Source: Utricularia gibba (Eukaryota > Plantae > Magnoliophyta). Taken from it: a stretch of DNA of 64,000 nt. A program made the position numbers and the translations under genes. Positions 63,321-64,000 of the stretch are shown here, in pieces. Numbering within the stretch: the first letter of the stretch is position 1; the number at the start of each line of letters is the position of its first letter. The stretch is taken from assembly GCA_002189035.1 (NCBI GenBank), contig NEEC01000012.1:1240001-1304000 (forward strand). Reading direction: 5' to 3'. A model generated the notes under the pieces. The model did no database searches. It was not told where the DNA came from and was given only the letters and a program-made list of their open reading frames with translations.

Positions 63321-64000
63321 AGTACTTTTGTCTTTTCAGTAGATTCACCTTATCCCTTCTTTGGTTCAGATGAAGATGCTTCCCCGGTGAGATATGAAAG
63401 CTACAAAAGAGTCAATCTTAGGAATGATAACAACATAAATCCCTCCAATCAAATGAGGTGACTACACTAACATTTAAGCACAAATAAGATAGCCAAGTAC
63501 GCCCGAGCATCCACAGGGACAAAGATGACACGAAAATGAATTAAATAATTTTCCTCTGCAAAAGCAGGGCATATGGATGTAGAATATAAACCAAACGAAA
63601 CGCGAAACAAGTTGCATTCAGAGCAAATCGAAACAACAGGCTAATGATCTCGCCCAACGAACGAAATTCCCCAGACACCGACAACGCTAAAACGACTTCT
63701 AAACAGATAAAAATAACCCACATAAAATAATCCATGAAAACCAACAGAGCCAGTAACAAGCCCAGATCAAATCATAGTGTAAAAGAAAGGGAAACCTTCT
63801 TTAGGCGAAAGCGAACATCAAACCACTCAATTCGGAGAATTTATATTGACGAGCTCTTCTTACAGTGCGAATCCCAAAGAAGATGAGAATTTGCCAGAGG
63901 AACAAGTGTATTGGTTGGCGGCGCCACGCCAGGCCACCTACTTGTCTTTCAACGACTACTAGTCCATTGTCACATCAATGCCTTTGATCATCCGATTGCC

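Noticed and set aside
1-64000. Biosynthetic gene cluster of FBT, CCD8 and DHNAT
   Set aside because: The genes belong to unrelated pathways (folate/pterin transport, strigolactone, phylloquinone) and are separated by up to 40 kb of TEs. Nothing in the sequence links them.

Overview
AT-rich plant (eudicot-like) nuclear DNA. All analysis is by hand, without tools; family assignments rest on recalled motifs. There are four apparently intact, intron-containing genes: a folate-biopterin (BT1/FBT) MFS transporter whose 5' end lies outside the window (<1-2025, +), the strigolactone enzyme CCD8/MAX4 (19138-21308, -, 6 exons), a TOM1-like VHS-GAT protein (59482-62437, +, 11 exons) and a peroxisomal DHNA-CoA thioesterase (62711-63320, -, 3 exons). 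Most of the remainder is nested, decayed transposon DNA: four Copia elements, a gag-less chromovirus, several solo LTRs, a hAT transposase and a hAT MITE, a MULE relic and a plastid ycf1 fragment. Many insertions could be bounded exactly by target-site duplications. The most interesting signal is two related PIF/Harbinger elements in which the transposase and Myb/SANT ORFs converge. Both have foreign DNA in the spacer between the ORFs: a fragmented, intron-retaining PIG-T copy in one and a ~0.9 kb block flanked by a 15-bp direct repeat in the other. This suggests gene capture by Harbinger elements, which is inferred and not proven. Splicing oddities in the FBT and TOL genes are also flagged.
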